From: Candidatus Binatia bacterium
Lineage (GTDB): Bacteria; Desulfobacterota; Binatia; UBA9968; JAJDTQ01
NCBI GenBank assembly: GCA_963666515.2
Contig: OY762897.2
Coordinates: 4,096,001-4,160,000 of the forward strand
Length of the DNA: 64,000 nucleotides
Direction of reading: 5' to 3'
The notes beneath the pieces are model-generated. The model worked only from the letters and a program-made list of their open reading frames with translations. It was not told the DNA's origin and searched no databases. The translations under genes were made by a program, and so were the position numbers. Of the stretch, positions 50,918-60,337 are shown one piece after another; position 1 is the stretch's first letter, and each line of letters starts with the position of its first letter.

Positions 50918-52174
50918 TTAGTGTCCTGTCCCGCGTGATTCTTTATCGATCTGCTGGTCAGACTTCCCCTCGTCCCCCTCCGAGCCGCGCTCGGCCCATC
51001 TCATCGCTACGAAGGCTCCCGCTCCGAAGACCGCGAAAGCGGCAATCTGGGCATACATCGTGCCGTCGAAAATCTGGCCCACGAACGCTCCGAACGGCAC
51101 CGCGACGAAGGTGGGGAGCGAAGCGACCACCGCCGCTCCCACGCCGGCGATGTGGCCCAGCGGCTCCATGGCGAGGGCGTTGAGGTTGCCGAAGAGGAGT
51201 CCGAAGCAGACGAACATGACGAGCAGGTAGGCCATGAACAGCCACAGCGGGGGAAGCCCGTCGAAGGCGGAGGCCGGCGCCCACGCAACCACGGAGACCA
51301 GCGTGATGGACAACGCCGCCGCCCTCGTGATCCGGCGCATCCCATACCTCAGCACGAGGCGGGCGTTCATGAGCGAAGCGCCTCCGATGGCCAGCGCCAG
51401 CGCGCCGAAATAGACCGGAAAGAGGGCGCCGACCCGGTAGGCTTCCTGGAAGATCTGCTGGACGGTGCTCAGGTAGGCGATGAACGGCGCGAAGGCGCAG
51501 GCGGTGGCGAGGATATACCCGCGCGCAGCCCGAATCCTCAGGACTTCCAGGACGGCCGCGCCGACGGTCCGCGGTGAGAGGGATCGCCGGCGGGCGGCGG
51601 GCAGGGTTTCCGGCTGCCGGAGCGCAAGCCAGATGAATCCGATGGCGGCTACGGCGAAGAACGTGACGAATATCGCCCGCCAGCCTGCCAGCCACTGGAG
51701 GCCCTGTCCGAGGGCCGGAGCGACGGTGGGAACGAGGATGAACACGGCAATGGCGAACGACATGAGGCGGGCCATTTGCCGTCCCTCGTACTGATCGCGC
51801 ACCAGGGCAATGATCACGATGCGCGGCCCCGCCGCTCCGAAGCCCTGCACGATGCGGCTCGCGATCATCACCTCGAAGACGGGAGCGAAGACGCTCATGA
51901 GACAACCCGCCATGTACAGGCCCAGGCCGGCATGGATGGCGGGTTTGCGTCCAAAACGGTCGGAGAGCGGGCCGAAAACGATCTGACCGAGGGCGAGCCC
52001 CATGAGCATCGCCGTGATGACGAACTGGACATCGTTCCGGCGCGGCGCACCGAGGTCGTGGCCGATGGCGGGCAACGCCGGCAGCATCGCGTCGGTCGAC
52101 AGCGCAGGGAGCGACATCAACAGGGCGACGAGGGCCAGGAATTCGCCGGGGCGAAGCGCGGTCGTGCGACTCAA
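50918..52174 (-). CDS. Bcr/CflA family MFS efflux transporter
   Basis: TDAMLPALP, GPLSDRFGRKP and PETL motifs; multiple hydrophobic segments. Confidence 0.9.
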   Translation of the reverse strand: MSRTTALRPGEFLALVALLMSLPALSTDAMLPALPAIGHDLGAPRRNDVQFVITAMLMGLALGQIVFGPLSDRFGRKPAIHAGLGLYMAGCLMSVFAPVFEVMIASRIVQGFGAAGPRIVIIALVRDQYEGRQMARLMSFAIAVFILVPTVAPALGQGLQWLAGWRAIFVTFFAVAAIGFIWLALRQPETLPAARRRSLSPRTVGAAVLEVLRIRAARGYILATACAFAPFIAYLSTVQQIFQEAYRVGALFPVYFGALALAIGGASLMNARLVLRYGMRRITRAAALSITLVSVVAWAPASAFDGLPPLWLFMAYLLVMFVCFGLLFGNLNALAMEPLGHIAGVGAAVVASLPTFVAVPFGAFVGQIFDGTMYAQIAAFAVFGAGAFVAMRWAERGSEGDEGKSDQQIDKESRGTGH

Positions 52175-52199
52175 TCTTCCTCCCCGGGCGTCACGAACG

Positions 52200-53183
52200 C
52201 TACTCCTTCCCCAGGAACCACGTCGCCAGGTTGTTGAAGTCCTCCGGCTGATCCAGCCATATGAAGTGGCTGGCCTTGTCGAAGATGTGCATCTGGGCGT
52301 TGGGGATGCTCTTGTAGAGATCGTAGCCGGGGTCGATGCCCTTGTTGGAGTTGCGCCCCCACATGACCAGGGTCGGCACGCTGATCTTGTGCACGTGGTC
52401 GCGGATGTGGGCGCCGTCGAAGTAGTACATCTCGCTGGCGCCCTGCATGCCGTTCTTCTCCCAGTACTCCTTGCCCTTGTGCTTCATGTAGAGGTCGTTC
52501 CAGCGGGCCGACAGCTCCATCAGGTGGTCCAGGTACTCCTCGGTGACCATGTCCTTGTTGTAGACGAAGGCGCCCACGTACTTGCGGAGACCTTCCCGTG
52601 TGTTGGTGAGCCCTTCCTTGGGCATCATGGTGCCGGGCTCGAACACGTCCTTGAAGTAGGGAAGGTCGCCGCTGCCGTCCACCTCCACCTGCTGGCCGTC
52701 CACCTCGATGACCTGCCGTCCCTCGCCCGGCTTGCGGATGCCCGACCCCGCGGTGCTGCCGCTGTCGACGAGGATGAGCTTCTTCACCAGGTCCGGCCGC
52801 TTGATGGTGATGTAGGTGACGATCCAGCCGCCCTGGGACTGGCCGATGAGGTTCACCGGCGTCAGGTCCAGGGCCTCGATGAAGCTGATGACGTGCTCGG
52901 CTCGCACGCGCACGTGGCCCAGGTCATCCAGGTTGCGCGGCGGGTCGGTCTGACCGTGCCCCAGTTCGTCGATGGCGTAGACGTGGAGGTGCTTCCCCAG
53001 CGGCACGATGTTCGGGTACCAGCGGTAGTTGCCCATGCCGATCTCGTTGGCGCCGCCGTGGCACATCACCACGCGCTCCGGGTTCGACTCCCCGGCCTCG
53101 ATGTAGTGGGTCCTGTAGCCGTCCGCGGTGACGAAGCGGCTGTTCCACTGGTCCGGGCTGTTGAAGATGGTTTCCCGTTCCAT
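52200..53183 (-). CDS. Alpha/beta hydrolase paralogue H3
   Basis: HGG, GQSQGG, WGRNSNKG and DKASHF motifs. Confidence 0.88.
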   Translation of the reverse strand: MERETIFNSPDQWNSRFVTADGYRTHYIEAGESNPERVVMCHGGANEIGMGNYRWYPNIVPLGKHLHVYAIDELGHGQTDPPRNLDDLGHVRVRAEHVISFIEALDLTPVNLIGQSQGGWIVTYITIKRPDLVKKLILVDSGSTAGSGIRKPGEGRQVIEVDGQQVEVDGSGDLPYFKDVFEPGTMMPKEGLTNTREGLRKYVGAFVYNKDMVTEEYLDHLMELSARWNDLYMKHKGKEYWEKNGMQGASEMYYFDGAHIRDHVHKISVPTLVMWGRNSNKGIDPGYDLYKSIPNAQMHIFDKASHFIWLDQPEDFNNLATWFLGKE

Positions 53184-53186
53184 TGA

Positions 53187-54170
53187 CTAATCCTCCTTGG
53201 TGACGAACCAGAGCACCAGGTCGTTGAAGTCCTGAACCTGGTCCCACCAGCAGAAGTGGCTGGCCTTGTCCAGGATGTGCATCTGCGCGTTGGGCATGCG
53301 CTTGTAAAGCTCGTATTGCGGGTCGATGCCCTTGACCGAGTTCTTGCCGGCGATGAACAGTGTCGGGTTCTTGATCCGGTGGACGTGGTCGCGGATGTGC
53401 TTGTCCTCGAAGAAGTACATGCTGTGGTGCCCCTTGACGTCGGTGTCCTTCCAGAACTTCCTGCCCCGGTGCTCCAGGTAGTAGGCCGTCCAGCGCTTGG
53501 AGAGCCCATCGAGGTAGTCCACGTACTCGTCGGTGACCATGGAGTGGTCGTAGGCGAAGGTTTCCGTGTACATGCGGATACCCTCGCGGGTGTCCAGCAG
53601 CCCTTCCTTGGGCAGCATGGTGCCGGGCTCGAAGATCTTCTTGAAGTAGGGAAGCTCGCCGCCTCCCGTCGAGATATTCTCTCCGTCTATTTCCTGAACG
53701 TCGCCGACGTCGTTGGCGGCGCCGGTCTTGAGGCCCGATCCCGCGGTGCTGCCGCTGTCCACGAGCACGAGCTTCTTCACCAGTTCCGGCCGGGTGATGG
53801 TGATGTAGGTGACGATCCAGCCGCCCTGGGACTGTCCGCACAGGTTGAGGGGCGCCAGTCCCTTCTCCTCGATGAAGCGGATGACGTGCTCGGCGCGCAC
53901 GCGCACGTGGCCCAGGTCGGCGATGTCGCGGGGCGGGTCGGTGTAGCCGTGGCCCAACTCGTCGACGGCGAACACGTGGAGCTTCTCCGCCAGCGGGAGC
54001 ACCGTGGGCCACCAGCGGTAGAGGCCCGCGCCCAGCGCCGCGCTGCCGCCGTGCACCAGCAGCAGCCGGTCGTTGGCCGGGTCGCCGGCCTCGATGAAAT
54101 GGGTCTTGTAGCCGTCGATGGTCTCGTCGTGCTTCCTGTACTTGTCGGGGCTGTTGAACAACGTCTCCAC
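53187..54170 (-). CDS. Alpha/beta hydrolase paralogue H4
   Basis: HGG, GQSQGG, AGKNSVKG and DKASHF motifs. Confidence 0.88.
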   Translation of the reverse strand: METLFNSPDKYRKHDETIDGYKTHFIEAGDPANDRLLLVHGGSAALGAGLYRWWPTVLPLAEKLHVFAVDELGHGYTDPPRDIADLGHVRVRAEHVIRFIEEKGLAPLNLCGQSQGGWIVTYITITRPELVKKLVLVDSGSTAGSGLKTGAANDVGDVQEIDGENISTGGGELPYFKKIFEPGTMLPKEGLLDTREGIRMYTETFAYDHSMVTDEYVDYLDGLSKRWTAYYLEHRGRKFWKDTDVKGHHSMYFFEDKHIRDHVHRIKNPTLFIAGKNSVKGIDPQYELYKRMPNAQMHILDKASHFCWWDQVQDFNDLVLWFVTKED

Positions 54171-54183
54171 TGGGTTGCCTCCT

Positions 54184-55158
54184 CTATTCCTTCTCGATGA
54201 ACCACTCCACCAGCGCGTTGAAATCCCGCCACTGGTCCAGCCACAGGAAGTGGTTGGCCTTGTCGAGGATGTGCATCTGGGCGTTGGGGAACATCTTGTA
54301 GAGCAGGTACCCCATGTCGAGCCCCTTGTTGGAGTTCTTGCCCCACACCACCAGCGTCGGCGTCTGGATCTTGTGCACGTGCTCGCGGATGTGCTTGCCG
54401 TCGATCTCCAGTTGCCGGCGCTGGCCGGCCAGGGTCTGCTTGGCCCAGTACTTCTCGCCCCGGTGTTCGTCGTAGAGCCGGCTCCACCGGCCCGACAGCT
54501 CCATCAGGTGGTCGAGGAACTCCTCGCTGACCATGGACTTGTCGTAGAAGAACGCGCTGGCGTACTGGCGCACGCCTTCCCGGGTGTCGGTCAGCCCCTT
54601 CTTCGGGCGCATGGTGCCGGGCTCGAACAGCACCTTCTGGTAGGGCAGCTCCTGGGTGTCGCCGGATATCGCGACGCCGTCCACGTCGGTGGTGGTGGTC
54701 TGCAATGACGGCACCTCCGCGGGCCGTCCCGCGGTGCTGCCGCTGTCGATGAGGATCAGCTTCCGGACCAGATCGGGCCGCAGGAGGGTGATGTAGGTGA
54801 CGATCCAGCCGCCCTGCGACTGGCCGGCAATGTTGACGGGGCCGAGTCCCAAGGTCTCGATGAAGTTCAGCACGTGGTCCGCCCGTACCCGGATGTGGCT
54901 CAACTCGTCGAGGTTCCGGGGCGGGTCGGTGTAGCCGCTCCCCAGCTCGTCGATGGCGAACACGTGGAACTTCTTCGCCAAGGGGATGATGTTGGCGTAC
55001 CACCGGTAGCAGCCCATGCCCACTTCGATGGCGCCGCCGTGCACCAGCACCAGCTTCTGAGGGTTCCCTTCACCCGCCTCTATGTAGTGGGTCTTGTAGC
55101 CGTCCACCGTGGCGAACTGGCTCTTGAACTTGTCCGGGCTGTTGAACAGGGTCTCCAT
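54184..55158 (-). CDS. Alpha/beta hydrolase paralogue H5
   Basis: METLFNSPDKF start after GAGGAGG; GQSQGG, WGKNSNKG and DKANHF motifs. Confidence 0.88.
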   Translation of the reverse strand: METLFNSPDKFKSQFATVDGYKTHYIEAGEGNPQKLVLVHGGAIEVGMGCYRWYANIIPLAKKFHVFAIDELGSGYTDPPRNLDELSHIRVRADHVLNFIETLGLGPVNIAGQSQGGWIVTYITLLRPDLVRKLILIDSGSTAGRPAEVPSLQTTTTDVDGVAISGDTQELPYQKVLFEPGTMRPKKGLTDTREGVRQYASAFFYDKSMVSEEFLDHLMELSGRWSRLYDEHRGEKYWAKQTLAGQRRQLEIDGKHIREHVHKIQTPTLVVWGKNSNKGLDMGYLLYKMFPNAQMHILDKANHFLWLDQWRDFNALVEWFIEKE

Positions 55159-55450
55159 GGGGATGCCTCCTCGGGTGAGTTGCATCCCCATGCATATTAC
55201 CATCCGGCGGTCCGAGGCAACCGGTTCGGGAGGGAAGCGGCGGAGGATCGTGGAAACCACTCAGTTCCGCCATCTCCTGCCTGATGGCCGCCAAGTCTTG
55301 CTTGGTAGCGCACACGCCGGCCATATGAATATATGTCGGCTTCAGGCGCGGAAACTTTAGCCCGCTTGCTCCCTGTCCCTTGCGGGTCATGGGAAATACA
55401 TGGCCTATTGGGATCTGGAATAGCGTTGCGCGCGCTTCCGCAGGGACTCC

Positions 55451-56632
55451 ATGAACGTCGAGAAAAGGTGTGCACGCGCGGCCGGACTTCTGGCCGGGCT
55501 GTTGCTGGTCTGCGCCTGTGCCGGCGTTGCCGCGGCCGACCGGAACTTCTCGCAGTATCCGGGCTTCGCCGAGTACTTCGCCGCCAACCCCCCGGCGGGA
55601 GCGGCCGGGCCGGCCGACCAGGCGCTGGCACGGCGCCACGCGCCGCGCTTCCATCTACCTGCCGGCCACGAGGGGCCCATCGACTTCTACCGCGACTACA
55701 TCGCCCACGGTCACCTCGTGACCGGGGACGGCCGCCGCATCGACGGCCCCACCCCGGTGGACCTGAACCGCTACCGCGACGATGTCCGGGCCGAGTTCAC
55801 CCACGTGCCGGGGACCGCCGCGCCGCGACCCGTGGTCTACGCCGCGGTGGAACGCACCGGCCTGTGGGCGCCGCGGATGCCGGGCCGGACGGCCGAGGAG
55901 TTCACGGTGGTCACCTACCACCTGGTGTTCCGGGTGAGCGGCCTGCCGGCGGCGTTGCCCTTGTACCAGGCCCTTCCGCTCCGGCTGGTGGCGGACCTGG
56001 ACGACTGGCACCAGCTCGACCACTACACCGCCGCGTTCGTCGTGCTGGACGAGGCCGGGCGTCCGGTGGCGCTGACCCTGCAGCAGCACAACTACCTGCG
56101 CACCTACCTGGTGGGGGAGTCGGTGGAGCCGGGACCCGACGTGCGGTTCGACATCGACGTCGCCATCCGTTCCAACGAGCTTTATCCGCACGTGCCGGGG
56201 CGGACGGTGCGGCGCGCGGTCCGGTTCCTGGACTCCGACGCCAGGGCCTTCATGATGGGGTTCGGCAAGCGGCCGATGATGTCCGCGGACGACGTCACCG
56301 ACCCGGACCACGCCTTCGACTACCGGCTCGCGTTCCTGCCCGGCTCCGATGCCTTCTATTCCTTCCACGGCTTCCTTGGCGAGCGTCGCCGCTTGCCCGG
56401 CCGCGACGGCCCGCCCGGCGCGCGTTACAACACCTTGCCCGGCCTCAAGCCGTTGCCCGCGCAGGTTCTGGACGGCTACTGGCGCGACGGCAACGAAGGC
56501 GACTGGGCGCGGTACCGGCGCAGCCGCGAGAATGGCTCCGGCCCCGCCGGCTTCGCCCGCGCCCAGGCCGCGGTGTTCCATCACAACCTCGACTGCATGC
56601 GCCGCGGCCGCACGGGGTGCGCGCTGGAGTAG
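55451..56632 (+). CDS. Hypothetical exported protein
   Basis: Signal peptide ending GVAAA-D; GC-rich third positions; no family recognised. Confidence 0.7.
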   Translation: MNVEKRCARAAGLLAGLLLVCACAGVAAADRNFSQYPGFAEYFAANPPAGAAGPADQALARRHAPRFHLPAGHEGPIDFYRDYIAHGHLVTGDGRRIDGPTPVDLNRYRDDVRAEFTHVPGTAAPRPVVYAAVERTGLWAPRMPGRTAEEFTVVTYHLVFRVSGLPAALPLYQALPLRLVADLDDWHQLDHYTAAFVVLDEAGRPVALTLQQHNYLRTYLVGESVEPGPDVRFDIDVAIRSNELYPHVPGRTVRRAVRFLDSDARAFMMGFGKRPMMSADDVTDPDHAFDYRLAFLPGSDAFYSFHGFLGERRRLPGRDGPPGARYNTLPGLKPLPAQVLDGYWRDGNEGDWARYRRSRENGSGPAGFARAQAAVFHHNLDCMRRGRTGCALE

Positions 56633-56725
56633 CGTCGACGGTATTCGTTGCGTCGCTTGATGCTGAACAGTTCCGCTGACAACCCGTGACGCGCCGCTCT
56701 GGTGGTTGAAGCAATGTAAGTATTG

Positions 56726-56744
56726 TGCCAGCATAATGCTGGCA
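56726..56744. promoter_or_regulatory. TA autoregulatory operator palindrome
   Basis: TGCCAGCAT-A-ATGCTGGCA just upstream of the AGGAGG RBS. Confidence 0.65.
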
Positions 56745-56759
56745 GTAAGGAGGAAGGAC

Positions 56760-56996
56760 ATGGGCAATCTGACCATCCGCAACCTTGACGACCGGATCAT
56801 CGAGCAGCTCAAGTTGCAGGCGAAAGCCAACCAGCGGTCGCTTGAAGGGGAACTCCGGCACCTTCTGACACAAATGGTGGAAAGGTACCGAGGCATCGCG
56901 GACTTCCGAGACCGCACGGGAAAGCTCGTCTCCCAGGCAACTGGCATCCCGCAGACGGATAGCGTCGAGTTGTTGCGCGAGGATCGTGATCGGTGA
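56760..56996 (+). CDS. FitA/Arc-like RHH antitoxin
   Basis: MGNLTIRNLDD...AKANQRSLEGELRHLL...TDSVELLREDR. Confidence 0.88.
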   Translation: MGNLTIRNLDDRIIEQLKLQAKANQRSLEGELRHLLTQMVERYRGIADFRDRTGKLVSQATGIPQTDSVELLREDRDR

Positions 56997-57814
56997 AGCT
57001 GACGGTCGATGCCAGCGTCGTCGTCAAGTGGTTTGTGCCCGAGCAGGCGCACCGTGAGGCGCGGCTGTTGCTTGCCCCTCGTTTCCAGTTGTATGCCCCG
57101 GCCCTCGTGCTCGTTGAATTCGCCAACACGATCTGGAAGAAGGCGGCCAGAGGCGAGGTTGCCGATTCACAGTCGTACTTCGAAGAACTTGCGAGTTTGT
57201 CCCGTATCCTTGTCCTCCATGACGATGCCGGTCTCCTTGGCCGCGCTACGGAGATCGCCATCGATCTCGGCCATCCAATTTATGACTGTCTCTACTTGGC
57301 ATGCGCCGAGGTTACCGGCTCCGACTTGATCACTGCCGACAGACGATTCGCGGTGAAGGCGGCGCGCCGGTTCTCTCAAACCCGTGTTCGCTACATCGGA
57401 ACGCCACGTGTCGCGCGCTGGATCAAAGCGACGAGGACTGCGCTGTTCATCAAGCGGACAAGGATGGATGAGTTGATCGCCGCCCAGGAGAGGTTCTCTG
57501 CAACGGAGAAGTCCGTGCTGGAAGACTATTTCGCGCAACATAGTGGAGGGTTGCGTGTTCTGCCGGGTAAAGCCATGGACTTGTTTCTGGAGAGTCCCTC
57601 TTTCCGACGTCTGGTCAAGCTCGTAGAAGCACTGAGTGACGAAGAACGCATCGACCTCCTTGCTCTCGGATGGTTCGGGGCCGGATTGTACCCTACTTGG
57701 CAGCGGAGCCTGGAAGCCGCCGAGGCTGCCTTTGCGCGTACGACTGTGGAGTATGTGGTCGGCTATAGCCGTCATTGGCAGACGGGGCACAATCGTGTGA
57801 CGGGTGGATCGTGA
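56993..57814 (+). CDS. VapC PIN toxin with C-terminal DUF3775-like extension
   Basis: VDASVVVKW, VEFAN, IYDCLYLA and TADRR, then LSDEERIDLLALGWFG...VEYVVG. Confidence 0.8.
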   Translation: MKLTVDASVVVKWFVPEQAHREARLLLAPRFQLYAPALVLVEFANTIWKKAARGEVADSQSYFEELASLSRILVLHDDAGLLGRATEIAIDLGHPIYDCLYLACAEVTGSDLITADRRFAVKAARRFSQTRVRYIGTPRVARWIKATRTALFIKRTRMDELIAAQERFSATEKSVLEDYFAQHSGGLRVLPGKAMDLFLESPSFRRLVKLVEALSDEERIDLLALGWFGAGLYPTWQRSLEAAEAAFARTTVEYVVGYSRHWQTGHNRVTGGS

Positions 57815-57988
57815 CGAGGCAAGGCTCGATCAAGCCGCTGCAAGGCCCTTGACTATCGGGTCGTACACCAATTGGCGCCCTGGCGTCCTGCTATTGCCGG
57901 GGCAAAACGCAAGGAATGGAAATTTACTTGAAGCCCCGTTTAGCTATATTGGTCGGCGTCCCGTAGCGGGAAGGATGGGAGACGGACG

Positions 57989-59437
57989 ATGGCGAGTTAC
58001 GACTACGATCTGGTTTGCATCGGCAGCGGCCCCGCGGGGCAGCGCGCCGCGGTCCAGGCGGCGAAGGTGGGGAAGCGGGTGGCGTTGGTGGAAAAGCAGC
58101 GCTTCGTCGGCGGCGTCTGCGTCGACAACGGCACCATCCCTTCCAAGACGTTTCGCGAGGCGGTCCGCAGGGTCTACTCCAGGCCCGGGCTGGAGATGAT
58201 GGACCCGTTCTCCAGCAGCGGCAGGACCCGGCCCACCATGCAGCAGTTGGTCGGGCACGTGCACCGGGTGATCCAGCGGGAGATCGCGGTGGTGGACGAC
58301 GCTCTCACGCGGAACGACGTCAAGATCCTCCACGCGCACGGGGCGTTCGTGGACGCTCACACGGTCCGGTTGGAGGCGGATGGAGAGCGGCGGGTCGTCA
58401 CCACGGACAAGGTCCTGATCGCGGTGGGCACCCAGCCGGGAGAGCCCCGCGGGATGAAGCCGGACGGGCGCACGGTGATCACGTCGGACGACATCCTCGA
58501 CATCGACGAACTGCCGCAAACCATGGCGGTGGTGGGCGCCGGCGTCATCGGCATCGAGTACGCCTCCATGTTCGCGGCCCTGGGAGTGCGGGTCACGGTC
58601 ATCGACGCGCGCGAGCGGCCGCTGGAGTTCATGGACTACGAGATCGTCGACGAGTTGATGCATCAGCTCCGCAAGGCCGACGTGACGTTCCGCTGCGGCG
58701 ACGCGGTAGACGAAGTGGAGATCGTCGAGACGCCGAAGCGCCAGGGGTTGCTGAAGCTCCACTCCGGCAAGTTCCTGGTGGCCGACGTGATCCTCGTCTC
58801 CGCCGGCCGGCAGGGTGCGTCGGCCGGGCTGAACCTGGAAGCGGTGGGACTGGAGGCCGACGAACGCGGCCGCCTGCAGGTGGACGAGAACTTCCGCACG
58901 CCGGTGGAGAACATATGGGCGGCCGGCGACCTCATCGGGTTCCCCGCCCTGGCGGCCATGTCGTCGGAGCAGGGCAGGGTGGCGGCCTGCCGGATGTTCG
59001 GCGTGGATGCGGAACCCATCGGCCACCACTACCCCATCGGCATCTACGCCATCCCCGAGCTGTCCTCGGTGGGGGCCACGGAAGAAGAGCTGACGAGCCG
59101 GAAGGTCCCCTACGAAACCGGGGTGGCGCGTTACAAGGAGATCTCCCGCGGGATCATCCTCGGCGACGACTCGGGCATGTTCAAGATGCTGTTCCATCGC
59201 GACGACGGCCGCCTCCTGGGCTGCCACTGCATCGGCAGCGGCGCCACCGAGTTGATCCACGTGGGGCAGGCGGTGCTGGGATTGGGCGGAGGCCTCGACT
59301 ATTTCCTCAAGACCGTGTTCAACTATCCGACGCTGGCCGAATGCTATAAGACCGCGGCCTTTCACGCCGCCAACAAGCTCGCCCTCATCAGCCACGCCAA
59401 GACCTTCATCGACGGCAACACGGCCGCGCCCGACTGA
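57989..59437 (+). CDS. sthA: Soluble Si-specific NAD(P)+ transhydrogenase
   Basis: GSGPAG, GGVCVDNGTIPSKT (CxxxxT), GAGVIG and FNYPTLAECYK motifs. Confidence 0.9.
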   Translation: MASYDYDLVCIGSGPAGQRAAVQAAKVGKRVALVEKQRFVGGVCVDNGTIPSKTFREAVRRVYSRPGLEMMDPFSSSGRTRPTMQQLVGHVHRVIQREIAVVDDALTRNDVKILHAHGAFVDAHTVRLEADGERRVVTTDKVLIAVGTQPGEPRGMKPDGRTVITSDDILDIDELPQTMAVVGAGVIGIEYASMFAALGVRVTVIDARERPLEFMDYEIVDELMHQLRKADVTFRCGDAVDEVEIVETPKRQGLLKLHSGKFLVADVILVSAGRQGASAGLNLEAVGLEADERGRLQVDENFRTPVENIWAAGDLIGFPALAAMSSEQGRVAACRMFGVDAEPIGHHYPIGIYAIPELSSVGATEEELTSRKVPYETGVARYKEISRGIILGDDSGMFKMLFHRDDGRLLGCHCIGSGATELIHVGQAVLGLGGGLDYFLKTVFNYPTLAECYKTAAFHAANKLALISHAKTFIDGNTAAPD

Positions 59438-59568
59438 TTCGCATCGAGCGGACGGGACCGCGGCAACGCCCGGCGCCGCGTCCGGGTGCGTTCGTCCGGT
59501 TCGTTGCGTAACAGAACGTCAACGAACATTTCCCCCTTCCGACGCGATACGATTACGGGTGTACCCGG

Positions 59569-60321
59569 TCAGTCCGCCGAATCGAGGCGGGCGTTGAGGA
59601 TGTCGCCGTGGAGGTCCACGGCCGTGAGGCCGCAGTAGTCGAGGCTGTAGCCGGTACGCACCTCGATGCCGCCCTCCAGCAGGCGCTGCAGCACCAGGCG
59701 CCGGAAGCTGCCATGCCCCATGACGCCGCCCTCGTGCTCCTTCAGGTCGGCTTCCTCGTGGGTGGAGAAGTAGATGGCCTGCTCCGCGGTGAGGCCGTAG
59801 TGGGTGGTGAGGGCCTTGAAGCAGTCCGCGGACCAGTAACCGGTCTGCTCCTCGGTGGCCCCGCCAGCGTAGAACTCGGCCACGGTTCCCTCCCACAGGA
59901 TCGTCCGCTTGAAGTCGATCTTGGCCCGGAACTCGGCCAGCATGGGCTCCAGGTACACCTCGTCCTCGTCGATTCCGAGTGCCTTGGCGGTCTCCAGCAC
60001 CACGTGGATGTGTCCCGGCGGCTCGGGATGAAGCAGCTCGTCCGCTAGCTTGCGGGCCATGGGCGCCATGAGGTCGCGGTTCTGGCGGAAAAAGGCGATG
60101 TGCTTGTGGTAGGACGCCGCCTCCAGCGTGTTGATCTCGATGGTGTAGGACGCCCAGTTCCTGAAGAACGTTCGCAGCGCGGCGCGCGGCAGGCTTCCTT
60201 CCATGAGCTGGGTCATGAAGGGCGAGCCGGTCACCCGCTCGCGCCAGCGTTGCGCCACCATGCGGTAGTGTTCGTCGACGCGGGCCTTGGCCTCGGCGGG
60301 CTTCATGGCGGGGATGATCAT
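59569..60321 (-). CDS. Heme-oxygenase-like diiron protein (TenA/PqqC/CADD-like)
   Basis: DELLHPEPPGH, EEQ and YFSTHEEADLKEH motifs. Confidence 0.75.
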   Translation of the reverse strand: MIIPAMKPAEAKARVDEHYRMVAQRWRERVTGSPFMTQLMEGSLPRAALRTFFRNWASYTIEINTLEAASYHKHIAFFRQNRDLMAPMARKLADELLHPEPPGHIHVVLETAKALGIDEDEVYLEPMLAEFRAKIDFKRTILWEGTVAEFYAGGATEEQTGYWSADCFKALTTHYGLTAEQAIYFSTHEEADLKEHEGGVMGHGSFRRLVLQRLLEGGIEVRTGYSLDYCGLTAVDLHGDILNARLDSAD

Positions 60322-60337
60322 GCGCGTTCCAGTCCTT

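Noticed and set aside
34013-55158. Diversity-generating retroelement or assembly duplication explaining the hydrolase copies
   Set aside because: No reverse transcriptase or template repeat is present, and the copies differ throughout their length, consistent with older paralogy
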